Shown here: positions 62,220 to 64,000 of the stretch, one piece after another | Numbering within the stretch: position 1 is the first letter of the stretch | Layout: each line of letters starts with the position of its first letter | Notes under the pieces: model-generated | Databases searched by the model: none | What the model was told of the DNA's origin: nothing | The model's input: the letters and a program-made list of their open reading frames with translations, nothing else | Assembly: GCA_043228905.1 (NCBI GenBank) | Contig: JBHGNT010000020.1 | Location: 12,648,001-12,712,000 of the forward strand | DNA length: 64,000 bases | Origin: Azolla caroliniana | Lineage: Eukaryota > Plantae > Polypodiophyta | Direction of reading: 5' to 3' | Position numbers and translations under genes: made by a program

Positions 62220-64000
62220 TCATTGTTCACCCAAATTGTCCAAAATACTTTGTTCCAGATTTTCCAATTGTTCTTCCGGTTGTGGTTGTTGCGGCTGTGC
62301 TTGCTGCTGCTGCTGTGGTTGCGGTTGGGACTGTGGCTGCTCCGGCTGCTCCGTTTGTTTCTCTGACTCCGGCATCTCCGTTTGACTGCTACCGGTCCGG
62401 TCTCCTTCCAGTAACGGTTCCTCATCACTGAGGTTGACCGTAACCGGTTCTCGTGCTTTCTCTTCCCGGATCCGGGACCTCTCGTAGCTTTCAAACTGGA
62501 TCTGCGCCTCCAGCCTGTCGTCGTCCAGCTGAGCTACAAGTTGCCGGACTTGCCCTAGTTGGTCCTCTGCCAAGGCTTGAAAGTCTTCGGCCAGCTCATC
62601 TCTTATGCCGGTGAAGTCTTCGGAAGTCAGCATATAGCAATCATCTCCCTCCTTCCGCCGGTTCTCTACGTTGGCCCGGAGCAATTGGAGTTCCGCCGCG
62701 TTCGTGGCCCACTTGGTCCACCATTTGACGGAGCCGTTGTCAATCAAGCTCTTGGTCTGGTTCAACCAGGCCCGCATGATATCCTGGATGCGACTTGCTC
62801 CAATTTGCGCTCTACTTTCCACCACTTGTCGCTCCTCCTTCAACTGCTTGATGAGATTCGCCGTATCCTCCGCATGCTCTCTGTAGCGCGTCAGCTGCCC
62901 TTGATATGTTGTCTACAGCCTCTGCAGTACCTCCGCCGCTCTTTCTTTTTCCGCCTGCTGTTGCCTGAGGAGCTCTGTCCGAACCTTCTCCGCCTCTTCC
63001 AACCGTCTTCTGGTTTCCGCTTGTTCATTAGCGTATGCCGTTGCGGTCCGATCAACTGCTTGCCGGAGCTCATCCGTCCGTTCCTTATGCTCCGTTTGCA
63101 ACCGTTTATACTCCCGGTGCAAGTGCTCAAATTCCTCCGTTTTTTGTTTGAGCTTGCCGTTGATCTGGCGATGGTTCCGATCCTCCCGGTCCTTTACCTG
63201 CCGGAGTTCCTCTTTCAGGCGCTCTACTTCTGTTTCGGCGTTTCTCCGGAGTCTGTCCTTCTCTTGCAGCATTTTCTCCTTTTCCTCCTTGAGCCGGTCG
63301 TACGCTTGGTGGCCTTTCCGTAAGCTCTCCTCAGCCCGGCGTAGATTCTCAGCAGTCTTTTTGAGTTCTGCCTCCGCTGCCGTCTTCAACTCTCTTTCGC
63401 GGCTCCTCAGCGCTTCTTGGGCAGCTAGCTCATCCTTTAAGTCCGCCAGCTCTTGGGCTTGTGCCGCATTTCTCTCTGGAACGGTTTCCGTTGCCGGGGT
63501 CTGATTGCTATGTACGGGTTGATCTGACGCTTTATTCTGTACATTGCCCGGAGTCACCGGTGCTTGGACTTGTGTTGTCAAAGCCAATTGAGCCATTTCC
63601 CTTGTGACCCTGTCCAAGTCTTGTTCAAGGCTCCGGATTCTGGACCGGGCCGTCTCTAGATCTACGGTTGTGACGAGCAACCGTTCGTGGTGCGCTCTCT
63701 CCTCCGCCTCTATGTACTCGACCGCTCTGGCGATCTGCTCGCCTACCCACCGTAGCCACATGCTACTGGTGCCTTGCTGCTGTACTGGTCGGGTCGGCTC
63801 GTTCACTATGGAATTGTCTGGCCTGAGTGCCTGTATCTGCCGTTCTGGTTCTACTTCTTGGCCGCCGTGTGTGCTGGCTGGGCTCGCCGGCTGTTGAGTT
63901 CCGGTTCTCGCCGTCTCCGGAGCCGTTGGAATGCCTTCTTCTATAGAAGTCGTCAAGCCCGGTTCTATACACACCGGTTCCGGTTCCTCCCTTGTGGTTT
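62220..64000 (-). CDS. extra coiled-coil ORF of B3 (at least ~590 codons, one in-frame stop at 62913-62915, open at the window edge)
   Basis: ORFs 62913-63974 and 62220-62843 share one frame; long E/K/R/Q-rich helical region, Q/P tail, stop ~50 nt before the LTR. Confidence 0.75.

Noticed and set aside
62913-63974. Host myosin/SMC-like gene or retroviral env
   Set aside because: No introns or motor/ATPase motifs; it lies just inside an LTR and has a homolog in another element. No transmembrane segment is visible in the available part.

Overview
This window is entirely a nested pile of plant retrotransposons. I found no host gene, rRNA gene, true tRNA gene or CRISPR array. The element types suggest a non-seed land plant such as a fern or bryophyte (inference only). 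The components are: (A) at least six copies of a non-chromovirus Ty3/gypsy family with a tRNA-Trp PBS, 4-bp TSDs, a DHG-type protease and a conserved -1 frameshift after the protease, plus solo LTRs and gag-only non-autonomous relatives (D); (B) three Arg-tRNA-primed gypsy elements, two of which carry an extra sense-strand coiled-coil ORF; (C) self-primed Tcn1-like chromoviruses; (K) four Tnt1/Tork-like copia elements, one intact and very young (39207-44659, 1338-aa ORF); and a LINE ORF2 fragment. Three observations stand out. First, a family-B 3' LTR is preceded by a copy of a tRNA-Arg 3' end (...GTCCCACGGGCGTGCCA) rather than a polypurine tract, which suggests tRNA-primed plus-strand synthesis. 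Second, three unrelated LTR types carry antisense tRNA-like Pol III cassettes in U3. Third, the family-A frameshift signal lies between PR and RT rather than between gag and PR. Element labels (A0, B1 etc.) are my own. Clade names are tentative motif-based calls with no database search.
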